The notes below the pieces were generated by a model. The model searched no databases, had not been told where the DNA came from, and saw nothing but the letters and a program-made list of their open reading frames with translations. From a bacterium (GTDB lineage Bacteria; Patescibacteriota; Gracilibacteria; JAHISY01), in contig JAJYAT010000006.1 in assembly GCA_021779375.1 (NCBI GenBank), forward strand, positions 33,515 to 97,514: a stretch of DNA of 64,000 bases. The letters run 5' to 3'. Both the position numbers and the translations under genes were made by a program. This document shows, one piece after another, positions 54,495-64,000 of this stretch (position 1 is the first letter of the stretch; each line of letters opens with the position of its first letter).

Positions 54495-57400
54495 TCAATC
54501 TGAGTTTATCGTCTTACTAACCAGCTTCGCTAGCTCCGCCCGGTTAATCGGCTGACTAGGATAGAAGTGATCGGCTTTTTGGACGATCCCTTTCGCTAAC
54601 GCAGTTTCGACATAGACCGCAAGCGAGTCATTCGCGGAGACATCAGCGAAAGAGCTCTTCGTAATTTTTTCGAGTAGTGGAATTTTGCTGGCGGTAAGCA
54701 AGAGCTTCAAAGCTTCAGCACGCGTAAGTGTCTGCGCAGGATGAAAATATTTACCGCTCATGATGCCGTGACCAGCAAGCTCAAATAATTTGGCGGCAGT
54801 CACCGAGCCTACTACACCTAAGCCGTCTCGCAGGTAGGTTTTGAGATGATCATACTGGAAAGTGATTACTGCTTGCTGAGTGGTTTGATCGAAATAATTG
54901 GTCGAGAAATTTTTGAGATAGCCGAGTTCTTGCAGAATTTTCTTTAATTCCAAAACATCAGCGCCTTTGTGACCGATTACAAGCTTTCTCCCGAAATCTG
55001 AAACCTGGCGAATTTCCACAAAACCTGTAAGTAGACCGGACTGATCCAAAGATGCGACAAAAGGTGTGAACCACTCCCCGCTCGGTGTATCATTGAAAGG
55101 TTGTGATGTATTTGTGTCAGCGTCTAGATTGAAAGCTTTGGCAATGATCTTGGAAGATTCCGCACGCGTGACGAGATTAGCCGGTTTGAAATTACCATCT
55201 GGGAAACCGGAAATAATTTTGGCGAGAGTTAATTCTTTCACGAAATCAGCGAACCAACTATCCGCCTCGACGTCTGGAAACAGCGTGGTGGGAGATTTTC
55301 CGCGCGTTTTACTTAAAGTGATCAGATAGAGCTCTTCTCGTTTGCAACTAGCGTACTTTTGCGCGAGCAAATTGATCTTCACGATTCCCTCGGGGAGTTT
55401 TAATTTCGAAGTGTTGGCTTCGACCAAGTAGTCTCCATTCGCCTGTTTGGTGATTTTAATTTCGATTGGCTGGTCATTCACTTTGACCGAGATTCCGTTC
55501 ACCGGATAGTCGGCATCGACCACGAAAGAAATCTCCGGCAGAGTCGTGACGACGATGTCCGGTTTGGGATTAACGAAACTAAATTCTTGCGCACTGCAAA
55601 AAATTCCGCTGCCGCTGCCACCACCACCGGAGCTTGATGAGCTGCCGGATGAAGCGGCGCTACCGAATAAACCGAAAGTGGAAAAGTGGCTCGTTTCACA
55701 GGTGATTGAATTGGCAGCCGTGTTCACAATGCAGTTGCTCAAGGCAGTCCAAGCTCCGTCTGAATAGCGGTAAATCCAAAGTGAACTTTCATCCAAGCCG
55801 ACAATCTCAGAATCAGTGTAGTTGAGCGTGACGGTGATTGGGTTATCGAAAGTTGTGATCTTCGTAGTGGTGTCTGTGTAAGCATCGAGCGAATAGGTGT
55901 GGCTCCCAACTAAACTCTTGCTTGCAGGAGTGGAGGTCGTCGCGATTGTCGCAGCGGAGGCAAGTTGTTTGACCTGGAAGCTCGCCTCGCTCACCGAATA
56001 GTCGACTGGCATGGTGATCGCGAGATTCGCGCTGCCACTCGAGAGTGTGACACTGCCGCCAGTGGCAAGTGGAATTGTATCGTCATTTTCACCGCTCACG
56101 CTGGCACTGCCAGTACAGCCCGTCGTCGTGAAATTGCTCGTATCGCCGCTGGCAGGATTACTGCCTGCATCGACCGACTTCACGCGGAAATAGTATTTCG
56201 TACAAGCAAGCAAACTGCCGATGCTTTGGGAATGTGCGGTGACTCGCGGAGCGGTGTTGATTACACTTGTCGTTACACCAAAAGATGTACTCAAACCGTA
56301 TTCAATTTGCGTGGAAGCAGCTTCATCTGTCGTCCAGGTAATGGTCGCACCGGAGGAATTCACTGAGGCAGCAACAGCTGAAATTACGGGCGGAGTCGAG
56401 TCGGCAGTCGTGCTGGTCGTCCCACTTCCCGCTAATCCAAACGCCGTCTCATCATCATCGGCGTTCTTCGCTTTGGCGCAGAAAGAATATTGAGTATTGG
56501 CTGACAGACCTGTGACTGTCACGGTTGACCAAGCCGCATCAGCTTGCCAGACAGCGGAAGCGGAAATGGAACCATCAGCCTGGACGTAGCCGAGTCCGCC
56601 TGCTCCATCGCAGGTCGCACCTTGTTCGGCATAGATGGCCAGTGAGGTTTCGGTACCACCAGTGACGGGATTAACAGCGAGAGTTGTCGTAGTTGGATTA
56701 TTGACAGTCGGAGCAGCTGGAGTACTGGCAGCCGTGTAGGCTTGCAGGGTTAAGGATGCCGTTTTGGTGTCATCACCATTCCTGGCACAAACATAACGAG
56801 TGTACTGTGTGTTTGCCGAAAGAGTAGAGAGATCAAGATAACCGTTAGACGTTGTGCCATCGACGCAAGAGTTAGTCGTACCGTAAGCGTAGTCCTTTTG
56901 CGCTCCGCCGGAAGCCCAGGTGAGACGTAGCGCAGTAGTCGTTTGGTTCGTGTGACTGGCGGTCGTAGCAGCGTTGGCAAGCGTATATTTGTAAGCCGGA
57001 GTTGGAGTCACCCAAGCAGATTCATTGCCAACATTGTCTTTCACTTTGACTCGGATCGCCTGAGCCTCACTGGCATTGAGAGTCGAGAATGTAGATGCTC
57101 CCGAGACCCAGCCAGAATTGGCATCGGCTGTCACGAAACTCGTCGCGTTTTGATCAAGCTCAATGTAGTACTTATCAGTCGGCAAACCTGAGCCCGAGTC
57201 GGAAGCGCCGGAAGGAGTGACCTGGATTGAACCAAGCGCGATTGTCCCCCAATCTAGTGTCAATCCAGTCGGTGCTGTTTTGTCGTACTTCACGATGAAA
57301 GTTCGTTCAATCCCCCAAGTACCGGCTCCGGTCTTCGGACGGACGTGAAAGTAATTCGTACCTTCGGAGATCGTGATGTTGTCTACGTAGGCATTGGCTG

Positions 57401-60400
57401 TATTGAGCTCATCACCTGAAATTGTGGCAGTGGCAGTCGAATTTAATTCGTAATAGAAAGTATCGTCCGAGATAGAAGCTGGATCAGTCCAGCTGAAGGA
57501 GACTTGATCATCGCTCCCGGTGTCGGAATACTTGAACCAAGTGTTGGAAGTAAGAGAGGCGCGGTCAGTGTCTGTGCCAGAGCCAGCGTCGACAGCTGAG
57601 ATGTTTGGAGCGACTTCGAAGTTAGCTGTGACTGAAATATTAGCAGCGACATTGGTGTCGGTTCTTGGATTTTGAGTCGAACTGTCAGACCAATTAACAA
57701 AGCCGTAACCAGTGTCTGGTACAGCAGTCACTGCCGTGCCAGACGCCCCATAATTGACTGTCTGCGGAGAAGTACCAGTAATGGAACCATTGGCTCCGGC
57801 AGAGTAAGTGAGAGTGAATTCATTGGCTGCCCATTGCGCATAAACCGTAATATTATTTGTCACATTTGTACTACCAGTAAATGCTGTACCACTGCCATTA
57901 GCTTGAGTATTCCAGCTACCAAAACTGTAACCAGTTCTAGTAGGAGCAGTCGGTAAAGCATTAATCGTGGTATTGTAGTCAGCAGTTTTAGTCGTCGGAC
58001 TAGCTTCGGTATCTCCCCCATTCTTGTTGAAGGTGACGGTGAAATTATTAATTGTCCAAATTGCATAAACAGTGATGTTGTCAGTGACTGCGGTGGTAGC
58101 GTCAAAAAGAGAACCATTGCCATCCGCTTGGGTGTTCCAGCCAGCGAAAGAGTAGCCTGTTTTGGTTGGCGGGGTTGGCAGTGTTCCGACATTACCACCA
58201 TAATCGGCGGTTTTAGTAGTGGGATCAGCTTCAGTGCCCCCAGTGTTTTTGTTGAAAGTAACGGTGTGAGTATCAATCGCGAAACTAGCTGTCACGGAAA
58301 TATCTCCCGTCACATTTGTATCGGTTCGCGGATTGCTGGTGGAACCATCAGACCATTGGACGAAATGATAGTGAGCTTCAGGTACAGCAGTCACAGCAGT
58401 ACCGTCTGAACCGTAACTTACTGTCTGTGGAGAAGTGCCGGTGATAGAGCCGTTGGCACCGGCCGAATAAGTGAGGGTAAAATTTAAGGGAGACGTGCTA
58501 GGTATGCTTTCATCAGCTTCTATTGGTAATGCCAAGGCAGCATCATCTTTTAAAGTGTAGGAGGTGATGGGACTCTCTCCGTACAAACATCTGACGCCAG
58601 AAATTGTCCCAGAAGCATAATTTAGCCTTACGGTTGTAGCGTTTTGCCTAACGCCTGTCGCAGCTATCCAACTTGAACCATTATAAACCTCATAAGAGTC
58701 GATACTACTGGCTGGCGTGAAATCAGTTCCACCATCATGTTGGATATAAACATCGGTATGCGTTGAATCCACATTGTGCCACCAAATATTTTTTGGTCCT
58801 CGATGATAAGCATAATTTCCAGTTCCAATTTCATGCCACAATACAGATTGGGCGTACCTTAGAGCTTCTGTTTCTTGGCTTTGATAGGTTAAATGTACCC
58901 CATCAGCCAAGAGTGGTAAATCGACCGATTGACCAGCAAAAATTCTCTTTACCTCATGGTTATTATTACAGATATCTTCTTGGGCTGACCTAACAGCCGA
59001 AAATGAAGCATCATGACCCAGATAAGCACTGTTGGAACTTTTTGGCTGAGCAACTATATAGATTGGTAGGTTGCTATAATTTGTATCTGTTTCCAAATTT
59101 CCAAATAATGTTACCATCCCATCATAATAAACTTGATAAGTGATATTATTCATAGAATCAGTCCAACCCTGATACCACAAAGCACCATTAACTTTTTTTC
59201 TACTCATTGGCTCTGAGACTAGCAATCCTTCTTGTAAGTCCTCATACCAGTTATTTGAGGCTGAAGCTCCTAGCCAATATCCTAAGGCACCTTTGTATGC
59301 TTCTAGCAAAGCTGAGCCACCGATTCCGTAGTCCAATACTCCAATTGGGCAATGTAATTCTGATTGAAGCTTGTTGGCAAAAGTGATTGAGCCGTTACCA
59401 GTGTTTAACGCCCATCCAGTATATGGAAAAACATCTGCTGGATCTTGGGTAGATTGCTCCCCTATTTGACCAGTCGTAGCATGTCTGAATTTGCTTACTA
59501 AATCACTTGATGTTCTTTTTACATAAGCTGGATCATCATAGTCTAACCATTTATCTATGTAAGACTGACCAAAGTAAATGATAACAAAACCTACACCAAT
59601 TTTATGTGTTCCTGTGAAAATAACATTATGATTATCAGAATTTCTTACTTCAAACCCAAGCCATGCATTTGTTTTAGGTATATGAGATAAGGTACCACTC
59701 CAACTATTTCCAGAGATGGTTTCACCCGATAAGGTATTCCAATCATTTCCACTTACTTGCACGGTTGTATTAGTTGTTCGGTTAAAGACCCTAACCTCTA
59801 CATGACTAGGAGCTGTCCCACCATATCTTCCGCTTAAAACAATTGCTCCTTCTTTGTTCTCATCATAAGCAATGACCCTTCTGTCCTTTAGGTAATTAGT
59901 GTCTTCATTTAGATCTAATAGAATGTCTTGGGGAGTACCTGCCAAAGCAAAACTGGCAGGATCATTTTGATTGGAATATTGCGTAGCAATCCACTCATCA
60001 CTTCTAGCCACATTTGAAAGCTGAACTTCATCAACACCGCCCGTTATATTGCTGTTGGTAGCATTATTAAGCTCTCTCCCAATCGAAAAAACTCCTGAAT
60101 TATTGCTAATTGCAGAGTCAGCATAATTAGCTTGTTTCACGCCGTTGTAAAATAAATTACTATGATTGCTGGCGTCAGTTCTACCGATCAAATTAACAAA
60201 CGTGCTACCAACAATATTTCCAGCGTCCGCAACTATAGTGCTAGGATTTGCATCACCTTTACCGATAACATATCTAGCCAAATAGTCTCCATTATATGTG
60301 AACAGGCTATATCCGCTCCAATTCGTAGCCCAAGTTAATTTTCCTGCAAAACCTTGTAATGTAATTGTTGAAGTTCTTTTGGCCCAACAAGAGATGGTGA

Positions 60401-61076
60401 GTGCGCTCAAGTTGAAATCTGCGTGATTTGGAATATCATTATAAGCATCACTGTAATTAACGCCATATCCTATTTTTGAGCTTTGATTATAGCTAGGCGC
60501 ATTAGCACCCTGAGCTGAAACATTGTGCCCTCGTCCAGTTGAGTCAATCAATGCTGAATAAGCTGCCCCCTTCATATGCTGTACCAGCATAAAACCGTTA
60601 CTCCATACATTATTTCTTCCGTACGTTCCTGCCACATCAGGTTGGACTTCTCCAGTCTTACCATACCATACCCAAATAGAGGTTGTCGCAGAACTAGACA
60701 GATTTGTTTTGACCCAAATTTCTGCTGTTCCGTTAACAGGATTATTATCAATTGTAAAAGTAACAATTTCACAAGGCAATTGGTTTGCTCCATTGGCGTC
60801 AGAAGAAAATCTTATATCACCACCACCACTTAATGCTGGATGAGCACCGTCAGCATCAAACATTTCACTTGGTAAATTTGCCTGTGATAAAAGAATAGGA
60901 AAACCTGTAAGATTGGCGCTAGTCTGATCTAAAACTATTTCAGCTTTTCTCGTCCATCCCCCAGCACTCAAATCTGATGCCAAAACAATATTGGTATTGG
61001 TCAGTAAAAATAGTGCGGCTATGAAAACCCCGAATATTCCATAAAACGACGACTGATTTTTACTTTTTAGGTTCAT
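54495..61076 (-). CDS. Giant S-layer-homology-anchored surface protein (DUF2341/LamG - SGNH/SASA-like esterase - InlB-B/Listeria-Bacteroides repeats - FN3-like - SLH - PG-binding)
   Basis: About 2193 aa from the ATG at 61076 (MNLKSK..., signal peptide ending VLA). Esterase-like blocks FGQSYI / LWYQGWTD / LADGVHLT. Repeats TFNKNGGDTEA...GYSFGSWNT. SLH motifs FPDVEADSWFADFV...TRAES, and also near the C-terminus. PG_binding_1-like GADVLELKKILQELGY. Confidence 0.8.
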   Translation of the reverse strand: MNLKSKNQSSFYGIFGVFIAALFLLTNTNIVLASDLSAGGWTRKAEIVLDQTSANLTGFPILLSQANLPSEMFDADGAHPALSGGGDIRFSSDANGANQLPCEIVTFTIDNNPVNGTAEIWVKTNLSSSATTSIWVWYGKTGEVQPDVAGTYGRNNVWSNGFMLVQHMKGAAYSALIDSTGRGHNVSAQGANAPSYNQSSKIGYGVNYSDAYNDIPNHADFNLSALTISCWAKRTSTITLQGFAGKLTWATNWSGYSLFTYNGDYLARYVIGKGDANPSTIVADAGNIVGSTFVNLIGRTDASNHSNLFYNGVKQANYADSAISNNSGVFSIGRELNNATNSNITGGVDEVQLSNVARSDEWIATQYSNQNDPASFALAGTPQDILLDLNEDTNYLKDRRVIAYDENKEGAIVLSGRYGGTAPSHVEVRVFNRTTNTTVQVSGNDWNTLSGETISGNSWSGTLSHIPKTNAWLGFEVRNSDNHNVIFTGTHKIGVGFVIIYFGQSYIDKWLDYDDPAYVKRTSSDLVSKFRHATTGQIGEQSTQDPADVFPYTGWALNTGNGSITFANKLQSELHCPIGVLDYGIGGSALLEAYKGALGYWLGASASNNWYEDLQEGLLVSEPMSRKKVNGALWYQGWTDSMNNITYQVYYDGMVTLFGNLETDTNYSNLPIYIVAQPKSSNSAYLGHDASFSAVRSAQEDICNNNHEVKRIFAGQSVDLPLLADGVHLTYQSQETEALRYAQSVLWHEIGTGNYAYHRGPKNIWWHNVDSTHTDVYIQHDGGTDFTPASSIDSYEVYNGSSWIAATGVRQNATTVRLNYASGTISGVRCLYGESPITSYTLKDDAALALPIEADESIPSTSPLNFTLTYSAGANGSITGTSPQTVSYGSDGTAVTAVPEAHYHFVQWSDGSTSNPRTDTNVTGDISVTASFAIDTHTVTFNKNTGGTEADPTTKTADYGGNVGTLPTPPTKTGYSFAGWNTQADGNGSLFDATTAVTDNITVYAIWTINNFTVTFNKNGGDTEASPTTKTADYNTTINALPTAPTRTGYSFGSWNTQANGSGTAFTGSTNVTNNITVYAQWAANEFTLTYSAGANGSITGTSPQTVNYGASGTAVTAVPDTGYGFVNWSDSSTQNPRTDTNVAANISVTANFEVAPNISAVDAGSGTDTDRASLTSNTWFKYSDTGSDDQVSFSWTDPASISDDTFYYELNSTATATISGDELNTANAYVDNITISEGTNYFHVRPKTGAGTWGIERTFIVKYDKTAPTGLTLDWGTIALGSIQVTPSGASDSGSGLPTDKYYIELDQNATSFVTADANSGWVSGASTFSTLNASEAQAIRVKVKDNVGNESAWVTPTPAYKYTLANAATTASHTNQTTTALRLTWASGGAQKDYAYGTTNSCVDGTTSNGYLDLSTLSANTQYTRYVCARNGDDTKTASLTLQAYTAASTPAAPTVNNPTTTTLAVNPVTGGTETSLAIYAEQGATCDGAGGLGYVQADGSISASAVWQADAAWSTVTVTGLSANTQYSFCAKAKNADDDETAFGLAGSGTTSTTADSTPPVISAVAASVNSSGATITWTTDEAASTQIEYGLSTSFGVTTSVINTAPRVTAHSQSIGSLLACTKYYFRVKSVDAGSNPASGDTSNFTTTGCTGSASVSGENDDTIPLATGGSVTLSSGSANLAITMPVDYSVSEASFQVKQLASAATIATTSTPASKSLVGSHTYSLDAYTDTTTKITTFDNPITVTLNYTDSEIVGLDESSLWIYRYSDGAWTALSNCIVNTAANSITCETSHFSTFGLFGSAASSGSSSSSGGGGSGSGIFCSAQEFSFVNPKPDIVVTTLPEISFVVDADYPVNGISVKVNDQPIEIKITKQANGDYLVEANTSKLKLPEGIVKINLLAQKYASCKREELYLITLSKTRGKSPTTLFPDVEADSWFADFVKELTLAKIISGFPDGNFKPANLVTRAESSKIIAKAFNLDADTNTSQPFNDTPSGEWFTPFVASLDQSGLLTGFVEIRQVSDFGRKLVIGHKGADVLELKKILQELGYLKNFSTNYFDQTTQQAVITFQYDHLKTYLRDGLGVVGSVTAAKLFELAGHGIMSGKYFHPAQTLTRAEALKLLLTASKIPLLEKITKSSFADVSANDSLAVYVETALAKGIVQKADHFYPSQPINRAELAKLVSKTINSD
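58294..59637. repeat. Exact large direct repeat, copy 1 (partner 62657-64000)
   Basis: The offset is 4363 nt. The two copies give identical 347-aa translations and identical antisense ORFs (58763-58993 and 63126-63356). Several 60-nt lines checked by eye are also identical. The repeat may extend beyond the window end. Confidence 0.9.
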
Positions 61077-61230
61077 TTGTTGGACCAAAATTTCGCGTTC
61101 AAAAAAAGCAGAATGCCGCCTTGGATTTTATAATAAATCCAGCGTGATTGCTTATAAGCTTTTTGGTAAATCTATAAAAAATAGTAGCAAGCTTCTTAAA
61201 ATATCGTGATATAAGTTGATTCTATTGTTC

Positions 61231-64000
61231 CTACTCGCTTTGTGCCGCCTTATCGTATCTAATCTCAAAAACATACTCATCACCCCAAACACCTAATTCG
61301 GTCTGCGGTCGAACATGAAAGTAGGAAATACCTTCAGGAATAGTGACAGAATCAAGATAAGGAAGAGTGGTGGACGAATTCGGAGCGTCTGGCGCTCCCT
61401 CGATTACGAAAGTTGCTGGGGAATTTTCATTATCATATTCGGCGCTTAGCCAGGCTGCCGAACGAGCAATATTTGACCATCTAAATTCATCCATCGTTCC
61501 AGTACAGTAGCCCGTTGCATAATCGTAACAAAGGAAAGGATAAAACGTCCCTGTACCCAAATCACCCAGCCAGTTACCATTATTTGCTCCGTTGAAGATT
61601 ACCGCGCTTATTGCAGTCCCGTTTTTATAAAACTGCCAAGAATTACCATTACTGGCCAAGCCGTAATATTCCAAATCACCACTACGTGCTCCGTCAAGCA
61701 CAACATCGTTTCTGCCCTCGTCATACGATTGGAATGCTTCGTTTGTGGTTTTTGTTGTGAACCATCTCAGCAGTTCAGATTTATTTTTCGCATAGGAAAA
61801 ATATGAGTTAACTGCAGCGCTTGGATCAATCCACATGCTGATTGTACCGGCTTGATCAGCTTGATACAAAGCAGCATTCCAGCGAAGCGCGTCGTTACCA
61901 TCGAAATTCACGCCGTTACCAATCTTGACCGCTTGCGTCGCTGGGTCACTAATAATAGTCGAAGAATTGGCATTCGCTGAGTCTGTCCAATTATTATTTT
62001 GGAAATGTAAAACCATATTGTAGTTATCGTCCCAAACATTCTGACTACCATAAGTGTCAGTGACGGCTGGCTGAGTGGCACCCGCTTTGCCATACCAGAC
62101 GTAAATCGTAGTAGTAGACGTACTCGAGAGAGTCGGGACTTTCACCCAAACTTCGGCGGAGCCGAGACTCGGATCGTTATTCGTGACGAAAGAGACTACC
62201 TCGGCAGCAAGCTGGATTTGACCAGCCGCGTCGGAGGAAAAACGCAGATCACCGCCACCATTCAGTGCTGGATGACTACCATCAGCGTCGAACATTTCAG
62301 CCGGAAGAGTGTCTTTCGTCAGGAGTACTGGGAAATTCGTGAGATTTTCACTAACCTGAGCAATCACGAGCGGCGCACGACGAGTCCAGTCCGAACCGAA
62401 AATCGGAGTGGAAGCTGCAGCTGAATCGTCGTCAATCGCATTGGCGGCAGTCGAATTCAGTTTGTAGTAGAAAGTGTCATCACTCGCAGAAGCCGGATCA
62501 GCCCAACTGAAAGAAACTTGATCATCACCTCCGATAGCAGACGCTCCGAACCATTCACCGGAAGTAAGTGAAGTACGATCATCAGAGCCTGCGCCAGCAT
62601 CGACTACAGCGATATCCGGAACAGCCTCTGATACGGTCGAAGCGAAACTCGCACTTACGGAAATATCTCCCGTCACATTTGTATCGGTTCGCGGATTGCT
62701 GGTGGAACCATCAGACCATTGGACGAAATGATAGTGAGCTTCAGGTACAGCAGTCACAGCAGTACCGTCTGAACCGTAACTTACTGTCTGTGGAGAAGTG
62801 CCGGTGATAGAGCCGTTGGCACCGGCCGAATAAGTGAGGGTAAAATTTAAGGGAGACGTGCTAGGTATGCTTTCATCAGCTTCTATTGGTAATGCCAAGG
62901 CAGCATCATCTTTTAAAGTGTAGGAGGTGATGGGACTCTCTCCGTACAAACATCTGACGCCAGAAATTGTCCCAGAAGCATAATTTAGCCTTACGGTTGT
63001 AGCGTTTTGCCTAACGCCTGTCGCAGCTATCCAACTTGAACCATTATAAACCTCATAAGAGTCGATACTACTGGCTGGCGTGAAATCAGTTCCACCATCA
63101 TGTTGGATATAAACATCGGTATGCGTTGAATCCACATTGTGCCACCAAATATTTTTTGGTCCTCGATGATAAGCATAATTTCCAGTTCCAATTTCATGCC
63201 ACAATACAGATTGGGCGTACCTTAGAGCTTCTGTTTCTTGGCTTTGATAGGTTAAATGTACCCCATCAGCCAAGAGTGGTAAATCGACCGATTGACCAGC
63301 AAAAATTCTCTTTACCTCATGGTTATTATTACAGATATCTTCTTGGGCTGACCTAACAGCCGAAAATGAAGCATCATGACCCAGATAAGCACTGTTGGAA
63401 CTTTTTGGCTGAGCAACTATATAGATTGGTAGGTTGCTATAATTTGTATCTGTTTCCAAATTTCCAAATAATGTTACCATCCCATCATAATAAACTTGAT
63501 AAGTGATATTATTCATAGAATCAGTCCAACCCTGATACCACAAAGCACCATTAACTTTTTTTCTACTCATTGGCTCTGAGACTAGCAATCCTTCTTGTAA
63601 GTCCTCATACCAGTTATTTGAGGCTGAAGCTCCTAGCCAATATCCTAAGGCACCTTTGTATGCTTCTAGCAAAGCTGAGCCACCGATTCCGTAGTCCAAT
63701 ACTCCAATTGGGCAATGTAATTCTGATTGAAGCTTGTTGGCAAAAGTGATTGAGCCGTTACCAGTGTTTAACGCCCATCCAGTATATGGAAAAACATCTG
63801 CTGGATCTTGGGTAGATTGCTCCCCTATTTGACCAGTCGTAGCATGTCTGAATTTGCTTACTAAATCACTTGATGTTCTTTTTACATAAGCTGGATCATC
63901 ATAGTCTAACCATTTATCTATGTAAGACTGACCAAAGTAAATGATAACAAAACCTACACCAATTTTATGTGTTCCTGTGAAAATAACATTATGATTATCA
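61231..64000 (-). CDS. Paralogous giant surface protein, 5' end outside the window; lacks the SLH anchor
   Basis: The reading frame is open to the window edge. The TTG at 63699 in the ORF track is an internal Leu in the paralog. It has the same esterase-like and InlB-B modules, then a DUF2341/LamG module nested in an FN3-like domain. It ends ...EIRYDKAAQSE. Confidence 0.75.
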   Translation of the reverse strand, partial: DNHNVIFTGTHKIGVGFVIIYFGQSYIDKWLDYDDPAYVKRTSSDLVSKFRHATTGQIGEQSTQDPADVFPYTGWALNTGNGSITFANKLQSELHCPIGVLDYGIGGSALLEAYKGALGYWLGASASNNWYEDLQEGLLVSEPMSRKKVNGALWYQGWTDSMNNITYQVYYDGMVTLFGNLETDTNYSNLPIYIVAQPKSSNSAYLGHDASFSAVRSAQEDICNNNHEVKRIFAGQSVDLPLLADGVHLTYQSQETEALRYAQSVLWHEIGTGNYAYHRGPKNIWWHNVDSTHTDVYIQHDGGTDFTPASSIDSYEVYNGSSWIAATGVRQNATTVRLNYASGTISGVRCLYGESPITSYTLKDDAALALPIEADESIPSTSPLNFTLTYSAGANGSITGTSPQTVSYGSDGTAVTAVPEAHYHFVQWSDGSTSNPRTDTNVTGDISVSASFASTVSEAVPDIAVVDAGAGSDDRTSLTSGEWFGASAIGGDDQVSFSWADPASASDDTFYYKLNSTAANAIDDDSAAASTPIFGSDWTRRAPLVIAQVSENLTNFPVLLTKDTLPAEMFDADGSHPALNGGGDLRFSSDAAGQIQLAAEVVSFVTNNDPSLGSAEVWVKVPTLSSTSTTTIYVWYGKAGATQPAVTDTYGSQNVWDDNYNMVLHFQNNNWTDSANANSSTIISDPATQAVKIGNGVNFDGNDALRWNAALYQADQAGTISMWIDPSAAVNSYFSYAKNKSELLRWFTTKTTNEAFQSYDEGRNDVVLDGARSGDLEYYGLASNGNSWQFYKNGTAISAVIFNGANNGNWLGDLGTGTFYPFLCYDYATGYCTGTMDEFRWSNIARSAAWLSAEYDNENSPATFVIEGAPDAPNSSTTLPYLDSVTIPEGISYFHVRPQTELGVWGDEYVFEIRYDKAAQSE
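62657..64000. repeat. Exact large direct repeat, copy 2 (partner 58294-59637)
   Basis: See copy 1. The first mismatch is at 62656 versus 58293, a synonymous Val codon change. Confidence 0.9.

Noticed and set aside
58763-58993. Identical 76-aa ORFs at 58763-58993 and 63126-63356 on the plus strand
   Set aside because: They are antisense shadows inside the duplicated part of the two surface-protein genes. Their identity simply reflects the exact DNA repeat.
1-64000. CRISPR arrays, rRNA genes, prophage structural genes, integrases
   Set aside because: I scanned for regularly spaced 25-40-nt direct repeats, rRNA-like conserved blocks and phage or integrase motifs and found none. The short tandem motifs present (TAAG heptads, TAACAC triplet) are far too short and lack spacers.

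Overview
This 64-kb window uses the standard genetic code and is densely coded on both strands. It holds about 50 CDS and 2 tRNAs; I saw no rRNA and no CRISPR array. All family calls come from motif recognition in the supplied translations, because no database search was possible. The gene content suggests a small-genome CPR/Patescibacteria-like bacterium: a short TsaB, DUF5652-like and four-helix-bundle proteins, orphan trpB/trpA, giant SLH-anchored surface proteins, many TTG/GTG starts and few Shine-Dalgarno sites. This taxonomic placement is inference only. Housekeeping genes: trpB, relA/spoT, lgt, recO, leuS, rsmI, mscS, rfbC/rfbB, trpA, lepB, radA, hflX, yhhQ, ispG and an RluA-family synthase. 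Accessory regions: (1) An AT-rich island lies next to tRNA-Gln and carries a Type III restriction-modification operon. An extra, uncharacterised gene with an Rx4H (HEPN-type) motif and a wHTH is translationally coupled between mod and res. This is my top candidate for a new system. (2) A second AT-rich islet contains a solo HEPN-like gene, a truncated dinD and an auto-inhibited Fic gene. (3) Two efflux operons sit back to back: MarR-MFP-MFP-MFS, and CsoR/CstR-like-MFP-RND with a perfect operator palindrome. (4) A cell-envelope cluster contains an alpha-2-macroglobulin gene coupled to a PBP1C-like gene and two giant surface-protein genes. These two genes share an exact direct repeat of at least 1.34 kb and show module shuffling. 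Smaller observations: a recurrent TAAAAT -10 box placed 6-7 nt from start codons (leaderless mRNAs), a duplicated ~110-nt promoter cassette with TAAG heptad arrays, a RAYT-like gene containing a 28-bp perfect palindrome, and a frameshifted hydrolase gene.
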